Of a stretch of DNA of 64,000 nucleotides, positions 38,405 through 48,240 are shown piece after piece (the stretch's first letter is position 1; each line of letters opens with the position of its first letter). The DNA comes from Planctomycetota bacterium (GTDB taxonomy: Bacteria; Planctomycetota; UBA8108; SXIK01). Location of the stretch: positions 6,592,001 to 6,656,000 of the forward strand of contig CBDCXR010000004.1 in the NCBI GenBank assembly GCA_965223845.1. The letters run 5' to 3'. Below the pieces are notes generated by a model. That model had not been told where the DNA came from. It did no database searches and worked only from the letters and a program-made list of their open reading frames with translations. Position numbers and translations under genes: made by a program.

Positions 38405-39972
38405 TGGCGTCGAGCTCTCCGCGGGGAGATCGGTATCGATGCATCGGCACGAGCGCATTGCTCGGCGTCTGGGTCGCCGGGGCGGTCGCGTGCAAGAGCA
38501 TGACGACCGTCCAGGAACGCTTCAGCCGAGAGCAGCAGCGGGCCGAAGAGACTCGGGCCCAAGTGAAGAAGGACGCCGCACGGGACGTCGCGGCGCTCGA
38601 GGAAGAGGAGCGTGAGCTTCGCCGCCAGGGAAAGCGAATCGAGCTTCAACGAAAGCGGCAAGAACTCCGCGCAGAAGCAGGGGAGGCGCTCGCCGCCGGG
38701 GAGAATGCGCGCGTCCTCGAGATCGCCCGCGAGATCTTCGATCTCTCGGAGACGGGCGACTTCGATGTCGATCTCGAGGAGTTCATCAAGGCGCCGGAAA
38801 TGGCGCGCGCCGAGCGCGCGCGAGTGTTCTCGCTGATCGGCTCGGCGCACTATCAGCTCGGGAACAAGGACAAAGCGATCACCGCGCTGCAAAAAGCGTC
38901 GGAGCTCGATCGGACGCTCCGCGACGCGCGACGAAACCTCGGCAAGATCCTCTTCGTCGAGGGGCGTTACGCCGAGGCCGTGAAGGCATTTGAAAAGGAG
39001 CTCGCGGACGGGTACCAGGACGCGGATCTCCTCTTCCTCCTCGCGAAGGCGCGCTACGAGCTCGCGCACTCATCGGGCGAAGCCTTTCACAAGGAAGCGG
39101 CGCGTCTCGCGCTCGAGCGCGTGGTGGTCGAGCGACCCGGCGACCGCGACGCCCGCTACTGGCGCGCGATGCTCACCTACGAGACGGGCCGCTATCGCGA
39201 AGCGATTCGACTTCTCGCGGAGCTTCGACAGAGTGAGCCGCTCGAGATCGAGCACGTGACGCGACTCGCGGACGCGCACCGGAAGCTCGATCAGAACGAG
39301 CAAGCCATCGACTATCTCGAGCTCGCGGCGCAGATCTACGAGGCGAAGGCGAAGCCAGTGCCGAAGTCGATCGCGCTCGATCTCTCGGCGCTTTACGCCG
39401 ACACCGGCAACGCGCCGGGAAGCGCCGCGGCGTGGCTCAGTCGGGCCTACGGTGACGATCCCACGGGCGCGACGAACGGGGATCGCCTCCTCGCGGGTCT
39501 CCTCTTCGCCGATGCCGGAATCTACGCGAAGGCGACGCGCTGGCTCGACGCGGTGGACGAGAGCTCGGACTCCGAGTTCGTCGACGCGCAGGCACGGCTC
39601 GCCGTGATCTACGAAGAGCGCGGCGACTCGGCCCTCGCGATCACCGCGTACGACCGCGTGCGAGCACGCCGGCCGGACGACGGTTACGCCCATCTGGCGG
39701 CCGCAGATATCTACATGGATCGCGGCCGGCACGACGAAGCGCTCGCGGCCTACGCGAAAGCCGCGGCGCTCGAGGACACGAAGGCCGACGGACTCGCCGG
39801 TGTCGCAGAGGTGCACTACGCGAAGGGCAACCTCGACGCCGCTCTCAAGGAGTACGAGCGCGCGCTCGAAGTGCGACCGGACGATCCGCGCTATGAGGCG
39901 GCCGCGCGAGAGATCCGCGCGGAGCGGGACCAGGCGCGCGCGGAAGAAGAGCGAACGCGCGCGGGGGACTGA
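38404..39972 (+). CDS. TPR-repeat lipoprotein (TtpD-like)
   Basis: ATG overlaps the tonB stop; lipobox-like AVAC; many TPRs (e.g. LIGSAHYQLGNKDKAITALQKA). Confidence 0.88.
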   Translation: MASSSPRGDRYRCIGTSALLGVWVAGAVACKSMTTVQERFSREQQRAEETRAQVKKDAARDVAALEEEERELRRQGKRIELQRKRQELRAEAGEALAAGENARVLEIAREIFDLSETGDFDVDLEEFIKAPEMARAERARVFSLIGSAHYQLGNKDKAITALQKASELDRTLRDARRNLGKILFVEGRYAEAVKAFEKELADGYQDADLLFLLAKARYELAHSSGEAFHKEAARLALERVVVERPGDRDARYWRAMLTYETGRYREAIRLLAELRQSEPLEIEHVTRLADAHRKLDQNEQAIDYLELAAQIYEAKAKPVPKSIALDLSALYADTGNAPGSAAAWLSRAYGDDPTGATNGDRLLAGLLFADAGIYAKATRWLDAVDESSDSEFVDAQARLAVIYEERGDSALAITAYDRVRARRPDDGYAHLAAADIYMDRGRHDEALAAYAKAAALEDTKADGLAGVAEVHYAKGNLDAALKEYERALEVRPDDPRYEAAAREIRAERDQARAEEERTRAGD

Positions 39973-40079
39973 ACGGGACGGTTTGTCGGCCCGACCAGTC
40001 GGTGTCGCTGAGCGGAACGCGGCTGGACGAGTTGGATTCGTACCACGTGAGATCGCCTTCGCCCCTATGATGGGCGGTC

Positions 40080-40526
40080 ATGAAATCTCGCGATTCGAGT
40101 CGAGCCAAGAAGATCGTCGACACACTCGTGTCCCTGATCGCGCTCATGGTCCTCATGGCCGTTGTCTACGGTTTCCATACGAACGTTCGGCAAAGTCCCG
40201 TCTTCGGAGAGCGATCTTCGTCGTACTCGAAAGGGGCGCTTGGCGATGAGGACTGGGTCGAGAGAAATCCAGAGCTCGCAGCGTGGGTTCGTTCTCTACC
40301 CCTGCGCGGACTGGGAAACATCGCCGCGCTCTGTGCCTTGGGTTTAGCCTGGACATGGGTCTACTTCCTCCCCGTCGCAGCGCTCGCCGCGGGGATAGCT
40401 CGCGTACTCGAGTCGCTTCTTTTTCGCCGAGGTCGGGTCGCCCTCTGGTGGCTATTACCCGCCACGCTCACCATCGGATTCTCGTTGCCCGTACTGAAGG
40501 GTGCGATCATCGTGTGCCTCGATTGA
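40080..40526 (+). CDS. Hypothetical membrane protein
   Basis: 148 aa with 3-4 hydrophobic segments; no family recognised. Confidence 0.55.
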   Translation: MKSRDSSRAKKIVDTLVSLIALMVLMAVVYGFHTNVRQSPVFGERSSSYSKGALGDEDWVERNPELAAWVRSLPLRGLGNIAALCALGLAWTWVYFLPVAALAAGIARVLESLLFRRGRVALWWLLPATLTIGFSLPVLKGAIIVCLD

Positions 40527-40540
40527 CGGGCGAGGTCAAG

Positions 40541-41053
40541 GTGCCGCATTCGTTTCCTTTGGTCATCGATCGGCCCGACATTGAGCACGACTTCTTGAAG
40601 CCAGTCTCCTCGCGATCATTCTTACTCCTAGGACTGATGGGGTTCGCGATGCTCGTCGTCGGGTCGCGTACCGACCGCGCCGAAATGGATCTCTGGGCGG
40701 ATCGGCGGCTCTGCGTGAGCCGCTCGCTCGAACGGGGCGGTCGGTCGTACAAGCGTCGACTCGAACTCTACGCGGACGCCGAGCGCGTCGACGCGCTCGA
40801 GCTATTTACCGACACCGGAGGCTACAGTCGCGTCAACGTGTTCGGGTCGACGCCGAAGCGCGGCGTGGTCATCGCGACCTTCGACGAGGTGTACGAAGTC
40901 TCTACCGAGCGGTTCCGGCCGCTCCCACGGTCGGGCCACGCGGCGTCGGACGGAACCTTCCTCGGTGCGTTCGACGTCGATCGCGCGGGAAGGTGGCGAT
41001 TCATCTCGGCGAACGAGGCGCCCCTTCGACCGACCGAGAGACGCGGCGGATAA
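40541..41053 (+). CDS. Hypothetical exported protein
   Basis: Frame of ORF 40283-41053; start uncertain (GTG 40541); hydrophobic segment FLLLGLMGFAMLVVG followed by a beta-rich domain. Confidence 0.5.
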   Translation: MPHSFPLVIDRPDIEHDFLKPVSSRSFLLLGLMGFAMLVVGSRTDRAEMDLWADRRLCVSRSLERGGRSYKRRLELYADAERVDALELFTDTGGYSRVNVFGSTPKRGVVIATFDEVYEVSTERFRPLPRSGHAASDGTFLGAFDVDRAGRWRFISANEAPLRPTERRGG

Positions 41054-41110
41054 ACTCTCGCCTACAAACCCCTCTCCTCTTTCCCGCCCCACGCTCGCCT
41101 GTCCCCTCTT

Positions 41111-41150
41111 CCTTCGTCTTCCTTCGCGACCTTCGCGCTCTTCGTGTGAA
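41111..41150. repeat. Family A element, solo right arm (copy 4)
   Basis: CCTTCGTCTTCCTTCGCGACCTTCGCGCTCTTCGTGTGAA matches the right-arm consensus; no left arm found nearby; between convergent genes. Confidence 0.85.
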
Positions 41151-41169
41151 CCTCTTCTCTTCTCTTCTC

Positions 41170-41877
41170 TTACCGCGGCGATGCCACGTCCTGTTCCGCG
41201 AGCTTGTAGCCCACGCCCCGCACCGTCACGATCAGATCGCGTGCGGGTCCGAGCTTACTTCGAATCGAGCGGATGCGTACGTCGATGTTCCGCTCGTCGA
41301 CCCTTCCGCCGCGCTGCATGCGCTGCAGAAGCTCTTCGCGTGTGAAGGCCCGACCGGGCTGGGTTGCAAGCGCAACGAGGAGCTGAAACTCGGAGAGACT
41401 GAGTGAGACTTCCGTGCCGTCGACGAGAACGACGTGTCGATCGGTGTCGATGAAGATGCCGTTGTGCTCGATCGCGATCCCCGGCGGGAGCGATACGCGG
41501 ATGCGGCGCCGCTTGATGATCTGGCGGAGGCGCTCGACGCAGCGGTCGGTTTCGATCGGGCCGAAGACGCAGTCGTCGGCTCCCTGGGCCCGACAGCCGT
41601 CGATGTGGCACGATCCCGGGTGGAGGGCGAGTAGCACGATCGCCGCCTCGCGCGACCCCGGTTCTTCGCGGAGCCGCTGGATCCAATCGAAGCGGTCGTC
41701 GCCGGGTGAGCTCGGCGAAACGAGGACGAGACTCGGGCAGATCTCGTGCGCGGCGCGGACGCAGCGCTCGTCGCGTTCCTCCGAACGGACCGTGGCACCT
41801 TCCAGTTCGAGGGCTTCAGAGAGCTCGGAGATCTCAGCGTCGGGATAACCGACGCACAGTATGGTTTCGCCTTTCAT
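41170..41877 (-). CDS. Atypical (pseudo-receiver) OmpR/PhoB-family regulator
   Basis: Intact winged helix (LSLSEFQLL...RNIDVRIRSIRSKLG...TVRGVGY); receiver lacks the acidic pair, phospho-Asp, Thr and Lys. Confidence 0.85.
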   Translation of the reverse strand: MKGETILCVGYPDAEISELSEALELEGATVRSEERDERCVRAAHEICPSLVLVSPSSPGDDRFDWIQRLREEPGSREAAIVLLALHPGSCHIDGCRAQGADDCVFGPIETDRCVERLRQIIKRRRIRVSLPPGIAIEHNGIFIDTDRHVVLVDGTEVSLSLSEFQLLVALATQPGRAFTREELLQRMQRGGRVDERNIDVRIRSIRSKLGPARDLIVTVRGVGYKLAEQDVASPR

Positions 41878-42015
41878 CGTGCGCGAGTCTTGAAGTCTTC
41901 GAGGCTCCTTTGTTGCGGAGAGAATCGTCGCCGAACGACGCGAACCCCGGCGAATCGCGGTCGCGCGGTTCGCCGGAGCTCTCGTCTTGACCTCGACGTG
42001 CCCGAGGCACTCCCC

Positions 42016-42318
42016 CTAGCCGCCCTTCCGCTCCTCGTACGCGGCAATCAGACGCTCCTGTAACGACGGATCGTCCGTATCGACCTCGAAGACGAGCGTC
42101 TCGCCGTTCGGACCTTCACCGATCATGGTGTAGGTGTACGGCATGTGCTGCGTCTCCTTGAAACCGTTCAAGCTCTCCTCGCTGCCGAAGACGTAGATCC
42201 GCCCTTCGTGCGCGTGCTCGAAGTAGTCGCCGTCGCCACCGCCGTGCTCTGAGAAGAGATGGCATCCGGAGAAGAGGCCGAGGGTGAGCGACAGACAAGC
42301 GAGTCTCATCCAAAACAT
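42016..42318 (-). CDS. Small lipoprotein divergent from pstS
   Basis: GGAGG upstream of ATG 42318; lipobox LFSGC; EHAHEGRIYVFGS...HMPYTYTMIGEGPNGETLVFE. Confidence 0.78.
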   Translation of the reverse strand: MFWMRLACLSLTLGLFSGCHLFSEHGGGDGDYFEHAHEGRIYVFGSEESLNGFKETQHMPYTYTMIGEGPNGETLVFEVDTDDPSLQERLIAAYEERKGG

Positions 42319-42598
42319 TGCGATCCATACCTCCCACGCGTCCGACACCGACCCGCAGTCGAGAGGTCGGACTCGGGCTTCGAAGCTAAACCGCCGGAAT
42401 GCGCGGCCCGCGAAGAACGGACGGCAGAACATGCCGGCACGAAACGACTCGCCGGTAGCGATACGAGGGCGATCCACCGGATTCCCCGATCGCGGGGAGC
42501 ACGGAGCTCACCTCGTCGCTGACTGGCGTGGGGGGCGGGGGCTCGGAACCGCGTTAGCTCGGCGCTCCCGGGCCTTCGCGATGAACCTAACGGGTTTT

Positions 42599-42626
42599 CG
42601 TGAAGTGGGGGTGAACTCGGCGTGAA
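42599..42626 (-). promoter_or_regulatory. Putative Pho-box-like array 3 (facing the lipoprotein and pseudo-regulator)
   Basis: GTGAA at 42600, 42611 and 42622 on +, i.e. TTCACG/TTCACC/TTCACG on - with an 11-bp period. Confidence 0.72.
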
Positions 42627-42698
42627 AACGCGAGGCGGTGGAGAGGATCACGGGCGCCGCATCCCTCCGCCGGCCGGCGCGACCGGATCGCGAACAGC

Positions 42699-42737
42699 TT
42701 CACACCGAATTTACCGAGCGTCTACTCGTCGATCACA
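42699..42737 (+). promoter_or_regulatory. Putative Pho-box-like array 4 upstream of pstS
   Basis: TTCAC 42699, TTTAC 42710, TCTAC 42721, ATCAC 42732; exact 11-bp period. Confidence 0.72.
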
Positions 42738-42990
42738 TTGCGCGGCTAACCTCCGAGGCGTCGACTCGATTCGATCGATGGTCTTTTGCCCGATTGCTTC
42801 GGGCGGCCGAGGCTCTCGAGAGTCCGGAAGCGGAGGAGAGTTTCCCCACCGGGGGGCGGAGGAAGCTCGAACCCGCGAGACGAGATCGTTTCGAGACGCA
42901 GACCGTTCGATTCTCGATGTTGTTCGACGCGCCCATTAGCGGCGATTTGCGACCAAGGAAACCCCATAGGGAACAAGGAGTTCGATTCGC

Positions 42991-43977
42991 ATGAAATCGA
43001 TCACGACGTACGCAGTCATTCTCGGTGTCGCGCTGTTCTCCGGCAGCGCGTTCGCGCAGGCCGTGAAGGTCGACCCGAAGCTTCCGAAGTACAAGCCGGT
43101 GAGCGGAATCTCCGGAAACCTGAGCTCGGTCGGCTCCGACACGCTCAACAATCTGATGACGCTCTGGGCGGAGAGCTACCGGAAGCAGTATCCGAGTGTA
43201 CGGATTCAGATCGAGGGCAAGGGATCGTCGACCGCGCCGCCCGCGCTGATTTCCGGAACCGCTCAGTTCGGCCCGATGAGCCGGAAGATGAAGGACACGG
43301 AGATCGACGCGTTCGAGAAGAAGTACGGCTACAAGCCGACGATGATCCCGGTCGCAATCGACGCGCTCGCGGTCTACGTGAACAAGGACAACCCGATCAA
43401 GGGTCTCTCCCTGCCGCAGGTCGACGCGATCTTCTCGAAGACGCGGAACGGCTCCTACCCGAAAGACGTCATCACGTGGGGTGACGCCGGGCTCCCCTCG
43501 AGCTGGGCGGCGAAGCCGATCAGCCTCTACGGCCGGAACTCGGCCTCGGGAACGTACGGCTACTTCAAGAAGGTCGCGCTCTTCAAGGGCGACTATCGCG
43601 AGACCGTGAAGGAGCAGCCGGGCTCGGCTTCGGTCGTTCAGGGTGTCACCGAGGATCTCTACGGCATCGGCTACAGCGGCATCGGCTACAAGACGTCCGG
43701 CGTCCGCACCGTCCCCCTCGCGAAAGAAGAAGGCGGTAAGTTCATCGAAGCGAACGCTCAGGGCGTCCTCTCCGGTAAGTATCCGCTTTCGCGTTTCCTC
43801 TACGTCTACGTGAACAAGGCCCCCAACAAGCCGCTCGATCCGCTCGTCGGTGAGTTCATCCGCTTCGTTCACAGCCGCGAAGGTCAGACGATCGTTGTGA
43901 AGGACGGCTATCTCCCGCTCTCCGCTCCGATCATTGCGAAGACCCACAAGGCGCTCAAGGGCCGCTCGATCGACTAG
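42991..43977 (+). CDS. pstS: Phosphate ABC transporter substrate-binding protein PstS
   Basis: SD AAGGAG; [52 protein letters not shown]. Confidence 0.96.
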   Translation: MKSITTYAVILGVALFSGSAFAQAVKVDPKLPKYKPVSGISGNLSSVGSDTLNNLMTLWAESYRKQYPSVRIQIEGKGSSTAPPALISGTAQFGPMSRKMKDTEIDAFEKKYGYKPTMIPVAIDALAVYVNKDNPIKGLSLPQVDAIFSKTRNGSYPKDVITWGDAGLPSSWAAKPISLYGRNSASGTYGYFKKVALFKGDYRETVKEQPGSASVVQGVTEDLYGIGYSGIGYKTSGVRTVPLAKEEGGKFIEANAQGVLSGKYPLSRFLYVYVNKAPNKPLDPLVGEFIRFVHSREGQTIVVKDGYLPLSAPIIAKTHKALKGRSID

Positions 43978-44042
43978 CCGATCGGTTGCCCACCATCGAG
44001 CTCGAGCGTCCCCGTTCGGGGGCCGCCCGAGCTCGCACCCAC

Positions 44043-44100
44043 TCGGGGGGTGGATCCCCGCGCCGCGGAGGTCGATCTGCGGGCGGAGATTCACCCCCGA
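44043..44100. repeat. Small palindromic element family B, copy 2 (pstS-pstC intergenic hairpin)
   Basis: TCGGGGGGTGGAT...ATTCACCCCCGA arms; loop contains GAGGTCG as in copy 1; preceded by another hairpin (CGAGCTCG...CGAGCTCG). Confidence 0.5.
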
Positions 44101-44203
44101 TCCGTCTCCCGAAGGAAAGCCGGCGCGCGGCGAAGCACGTGAGCGCTCACTTCGGGAAGAGCCATCACACGACGCCCGACGCGCTGCGGGAAGCGAATTG
44201 ACC

Positions 44204-46495
44204 GTGAGTTCGACTAACGAGAACGAAGACCAGCCAGCGATCCGGAACGACACGCTCGTCATCGGTACGATCCCGACGGCGAGGCGGATCTTCGATCGCA
44301 TCGCGACGAGCGGCGTGACGGGTGGCGGAGTCGCGATCATCCTCGCGATCTTCGGTATCCTCGCGTTCCTTCTCGCCGAGGTTCTGCCGCTTTGGTCGAA
44401 AGCCGAAATCGACGTAGGCACGCGATTGCGCTGGGCGGGCGAGCCGCCGGCCGCGCTCCTATGCGACGAGTACCGCACCCTGTTGGCGACTCTCTCCGCC
44501 GATGGCGCCCTGCGCCTAGTTCGATTCAGCAGCGGCGAAGTCGAGGCCGAAGCCAACCTCTTTCCGCCGTCCGAGGACGCCGACGAAGCCGCGCGTCGTC
44601 TCGTCCATGTTTCCCGTCTCGGGAGAAGCTCACTTCTCGCGGGATCCACCGAGGACGGGCACGTCCTCATCCGCGGCGTCGACTGGGAGATCGAATTCGA
44701 CGACGAGGGGCGGCGCTCGATCAATGGAAGCTTCGGAGTCGTCATCGATTTCGAGTTCGATCCGGACGGGAAACCCGTCCGCACCTATTCCGTCGCCCCC
44801 GGCGAAGGAGAGGGCGCCGCGATCGAGCTCAGCGGGGCGGCGCAGCTGGCGGACGGTCGGATCGTCCTCGTGCGTCGAACGGCCGAGGAGAATCTGTTCA
44901 CCGAGGAAGTCGAGGAGACCATCGAGCGAGTCGAAGGTCCGACCGCTCCGCCCCTTCGGTTCTTGGCCACCGGTGCGGACGGCTCTCGTTACTTCGCCGT
45001 CGGCGAGGACGACGCTCTCTACTGGTGGATTGCGGACGGCCGCACGCTCGGGGAGACACAGCGCGTCGCGCGCCCGGCCGACGCGCCGTCGATCACTGCT
45101 GCACATCTTCTCCACGGAGGTCGTTCCCTGGCCGTCGGGACGGAAACCGGATCGATCGAGATTTGGTCGACGGCTCGCGGCGAGGGTTCGGCCCTCCGTT
45201 TCGTCGAGATGCATAGCTTTCCGGCGACCGGTTCGGCCGCTCGGACGATCGCCGTGTCACCGCGGAACCGAACGTTCGCGGTCGTCGATGCGGACAGTGA
45301 GCTCCACCTCCACCACTCGACGGCGGAGCGGGGCGTCTGGACGGGCGCGGCGCCGGTTTCGCCGGTCACCGCTCTGAGCTTCGCCCCGAAGTCCGACGGG
45401 ATCTGCGTCGCGTCACCGGGCGAGCTCGTCCTACTCGACATCGACAATCCGCATCCGGAGACCAGCGCGTCGGCACTCTTCGGCGAGGTCTGGTACGAGA
45501 ACTATCCGGAGCCGGATCACGTCTGGCAGTCGACGGGAGGCGTGGACACGTTCGAGCCGAAGCTCAGCCTCACGCCGCTCCTCTTCGGCACGCTCAAGGG
45601 AACGATCTACTCGCTTCTCCTCGCGATTCCGCTCGGCGTGCTCGGCGCTCTCTACACTTCGCAGTTCATCGGCCGACGTCTCCAACGCGTCGTCAAGCCG
45701 ACCGTCGAGATCATGGCTGCGCTGCCGACGGTGATTCTGGGATTTCTCGCCGGACTGTGGCTCGCGCCGCGCATGGAACAGTACTTCCCCGTGCTGCTCG
45801 TCCTCGTCGTTCTCCTCCCGACGCTTACTCTTCTCGCTGGGCGCTACTGGGAGAAGATCGTCCATCGCTACCGCTTGTTCTCGCTTCCCGACGGGTTTGA
45901 CGTCCTCGTCTTCGCGGTCGTGATCACCGCTGCCGTCGGTCTCAGCCTCCTCCTCGGCCCCGTCCTCGAGGGGCTCGTGTTCCGCGGTGACTTTCGCACC
46001 TGGCTCTTCGAGGTCACGGGCCTCCGCTACGATCAGCGAAACGCGATCGTCGTCGGGCTCGCAATGGGCTTTGCGGTGATCCCGATCGTCTTCACGATCT
46101 CCGAGGAGGCGTTTTCGAGCGTCCCGCGCAATCTCATCTCGGGATCGCTCGCGCTCGGGGCGAGCCGCTGGCAGACCGTCGCTCGCGTCGTTCTTCCCGC
46201 CGCGAGTCCGGGGGTATTCGCCGCGATCATGGTCGGATTCGGTCGCGCCGTCGGCGAGACGATGATCGTCCTCATGGCGACCGGAAACACGCCCACGATG
46301 GACTGGAGCCCGTTCAACGGCTTCCGCACGCTGTCGGCGAACATCGCGGTCGAGATTCCGGAGGCGCCGCACGGCGGAACGCTCTACCGGACGCTCTTTC
46401 TCTCGGCCCTTCTTCTCTTCGGCGTGACGTTCGCCGTGAACACGATCGCCGAGGTCGTCCGTGTTCGCCTCCGCAAGCGGTTCTCGCAGTTCTAG
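44204..46495 (+). CDS. pstC: Phosphate ABC permease PstC with large periplasmic beta-propeller-like insertion
   Basis: Start about GTG 44204; VWYENYPEPDHVWQS, PLLFGTLKG, KPTVEIMAALPTV, GRAVGETMIVLMATGN. Confidence 0.93.
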   Translation: MSSTNENEDQPAIRNDTLVIGTIPTARRIFDRIATSGVTGGGVAIILAIFGILAFLLAEVLPLWSKAEIDVGTRLRWAGEPPAALLCDEYRTLLATLSADGALRLVRFSSGEVEAEANLFPPSEDADEAARRLVHVSRLGRSSLLAGSTEDGHVLIRGVDWEIEFDDEGRRSINGSFGVVIDFEFDPDGKPVRTYSVAPGEGEGAAIELSGAAQLADGRIVLVRRTAEENLFTEEVEETIERVEGPTAPPLRFLATGADGSRYFAVGEDDALYWWIADGRTLGETQRVARPADAPSITAAHLLHGGRSLAVGTETGSIEIWSTARGEGSALRFVEMHSFPATGSAARTIAVSPRNRTFAVVDADSELHLHHSTAERGVWTGAAPVSPVTALSFAPKSDGICVASPGELVLLDIDNPHPETSASALFGEVWYENYPEPDHVWQSTGGVDTFEPKLSLTPLLFGTLKGTIYSLLLAIPLGVLGALYTSQFIGRRLQRVVKPTVEIMAALPTVILGFLAGLWLAPRMEQYFPVLLVLVVLLPTLTLLAGRYWEKIVHRYRLFSLPDGFDVLVFAVVITAAVGLSLLLGPVLEGLVFRGDFRTWLFEVTGLRYDQRNAIVVGLAMGFAVIPIVFTISEEAFSSVPRNLISGSLALGASRWQTVARVVLPAASPGVFAAIMVGFGRAVGETMIVLMATGNTPTMDWSPFNGFRTLSANIAVEIPEAPHGGTLYRTLFLSALLLFGVTFAVNTIAEVVRVRLRKRFSQF

Positions 46496-46537
46496 ATTCC
46501 CGCACGAAGTGTCCGTTTTTACTTTGGAGCCTCAAGT

Positions 46538-48232
46538 TTGGATCTCTCCCACGGAGTGACGAGCGCGAAGAAGCGCGATCCCTACGGCCGCTACATGGTG
46601 TGGCTGTGCAGCGCCGCGCTCGCGTTCAATCTGCTCATGGTCGGCGGGATGATCGCGCTGCTCGTCTATCACGGCTTCGGCGCGTTTTGGCCGGCACGAG
46701 TCCACGAGCTCGCTCTCAAGGACGGAACGCGCGTGCTCGGCGAGATTCACGAGCGCGAGGAGCGGCACGTCTTCGCCGAAGAAGTCGAGGACGCTCCCGA
46801 CGACGCGACGGCCGCGCCCGAATCGGACTCAGGCGAATATCGTCTCCGGCTCAAGGTCGGGAACAAGGATCTAACGGACAAGGACTTCGTGTGGGTCGAC
46901 GAGAGCGAGATCGAGACCCGCAGCGTTCCCCCGGACGCCGCCGTTCTCGAGCGGGTCGAGTGGGGGAACTTCTACGGCTACCCCGTGGAGCTTCGACGCG
47001 GCGAAGAGGTGCTCGCGACCGCGGGAGAGGGTTTCTGGGATGAGTTCGAACAGGTTTACGGAAACACACGAGATCTCCTCGGCCAGGTCGAAGCCCTCGA
47101 GAAGGGCGAGATCGACGACCTGAACTACGCGATCTCAGCGCTCCGGCTCGAACGAAGGGGAATCGAGAAGCGGAAGCTCCCCGCCGAGGACGAGCAACGG
47201 GAGCTCGCTAGGATCGACTCCGAGCTCGACGAGCTTCAGAAGCGTTACGGCGAGAAGGCGACCGAGCTCTTCGCGCTTCGCGATCAAGCGGACATCGAAA
47301 CTCTCGTCATGCGCGACGCGAACGGAACCGAAAAGGAAATCCTCCTGAGCGCGGTCGTCGACGTGACTCTCCCGAACGCACTCGAGACTTCGGAGTCGTG
47401 GGGGGTCTTCTTTCATCGCATGAAGGGATTCCTGCTCGACAACCCGCGCGAAGCGAACACCGAGGGCGGCATCTTCCCGGCGATCTTCGGGACGGTGATG
47501 ATGGTCTTCCTCATGACGCTCTTCGTCGTTCCTCTCGGCGTCCTCGCGGCACTCTACCTTCGCGAGTACGCGAAGGACGGCGTCGTCGTCCGTCTCGTGC
47601 GCATCGCCGTCAACAACCTCGCCGGAGTGCCCTCGATCGTCTTCGGAGTGTTCGGACTCGGATTCTTCGTCTATCTCTGCGGCAATTCGATCGACGCGCT
47701 CTTCTATTCCGATGCGCTGCCGACTCCGACTTTCGGAACCGGCGGCATCCTTTGGGCGAGTCTGACTCTAGCCCTACTCACGCTCCCCGTCGTGATCGTT
47801 GCGACCGAAGAAGGCCTCGCGGCGGTGCCGAGTGCCCTCCGGGCCGGCTCCCTAGCACTCGGTGCGACCAAGTGGGAGACCATTCGCCGAGTCGTTCTCC
47901 CGAGCGCTTTCCCCGGCGTTCTCACCGGAACGATCCTCGCCATGGCGCGTGCGGCCGGCGAAGTCGCGCCGCTCATGATCGTCGGGATGGTGAAGCTCGC
48001 CGACACTCTTCCCGTCGACCATCACTTCCCGTATGTGCACGTCGACCGGAAATTCATGCACCTCGGGTTCCACATCTACGACGTCGGCTTCCAGAGTCCG
48101 AACGTCGAAGCGGGGAAGCCGCTCGTCTTTGCGACGTCGCTCCTTCTCGTGGTTCTCGTCGTTCTCATGAATCTGGTCGCGATCGCCGTCCGTAACCACC
48201 TCCGGAGCAAGTACACCTCGAGTTCCGTTTAA
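46538..48232 (+). CDS. pstA: Phosphate ABC permease PstA (long form with periplasmic coiled coil)
   Basis: [47 protein letters not shown]. Confidence 0.95.
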   Translation: MDLSHGVTSAKKRDPYGRYMVWLCSAALAFNLLMVGGMIALLVYHGFGAFWPARVHELALKDGTRVLGEIHEREERHVFAEEVEDAPDDATAAPESDSGEYRLRLKVGNKDLTDKDFVWVDESEIETRSVPPDAAVLERVEWGNFYGYPVELRRGEEVLATAGEGFWDEFEQVYGNTRDLLGQVEALEKGEIDDLNYAISALRLERRGIEKRKLPAEDEQRELARIDSELDELQKRYGEKATELFALRDQADIETLVMRDANGTEKEILLSAVVDVTLPNALETSESWGVFFHRMKGFLLDNPREANTEGGIFPAIFGTVMMVFLMTLFVVPLGVLAALYLREYAKDGVVVRLVRIAVNNLAGVPSIVFGVFGLGFFVYLCGNSIDALFYSDALPTPTFGTGGILWASLTLALLTLPVVIVATEEGLAAVPSALRAGSLALGATKWETIRRVVLPSAFPGVLTGTILAMARAAGEVAPLMIVGMVKLADTLPVDHHFPYVHVDRKFMHLGFHIYDVGFQSPNVEAGKPLVFATSLLLVVLVVLMNLVAIAVRNHLRSKYTSSSV

Positions 48233-48240
48233 TCGTCGAG

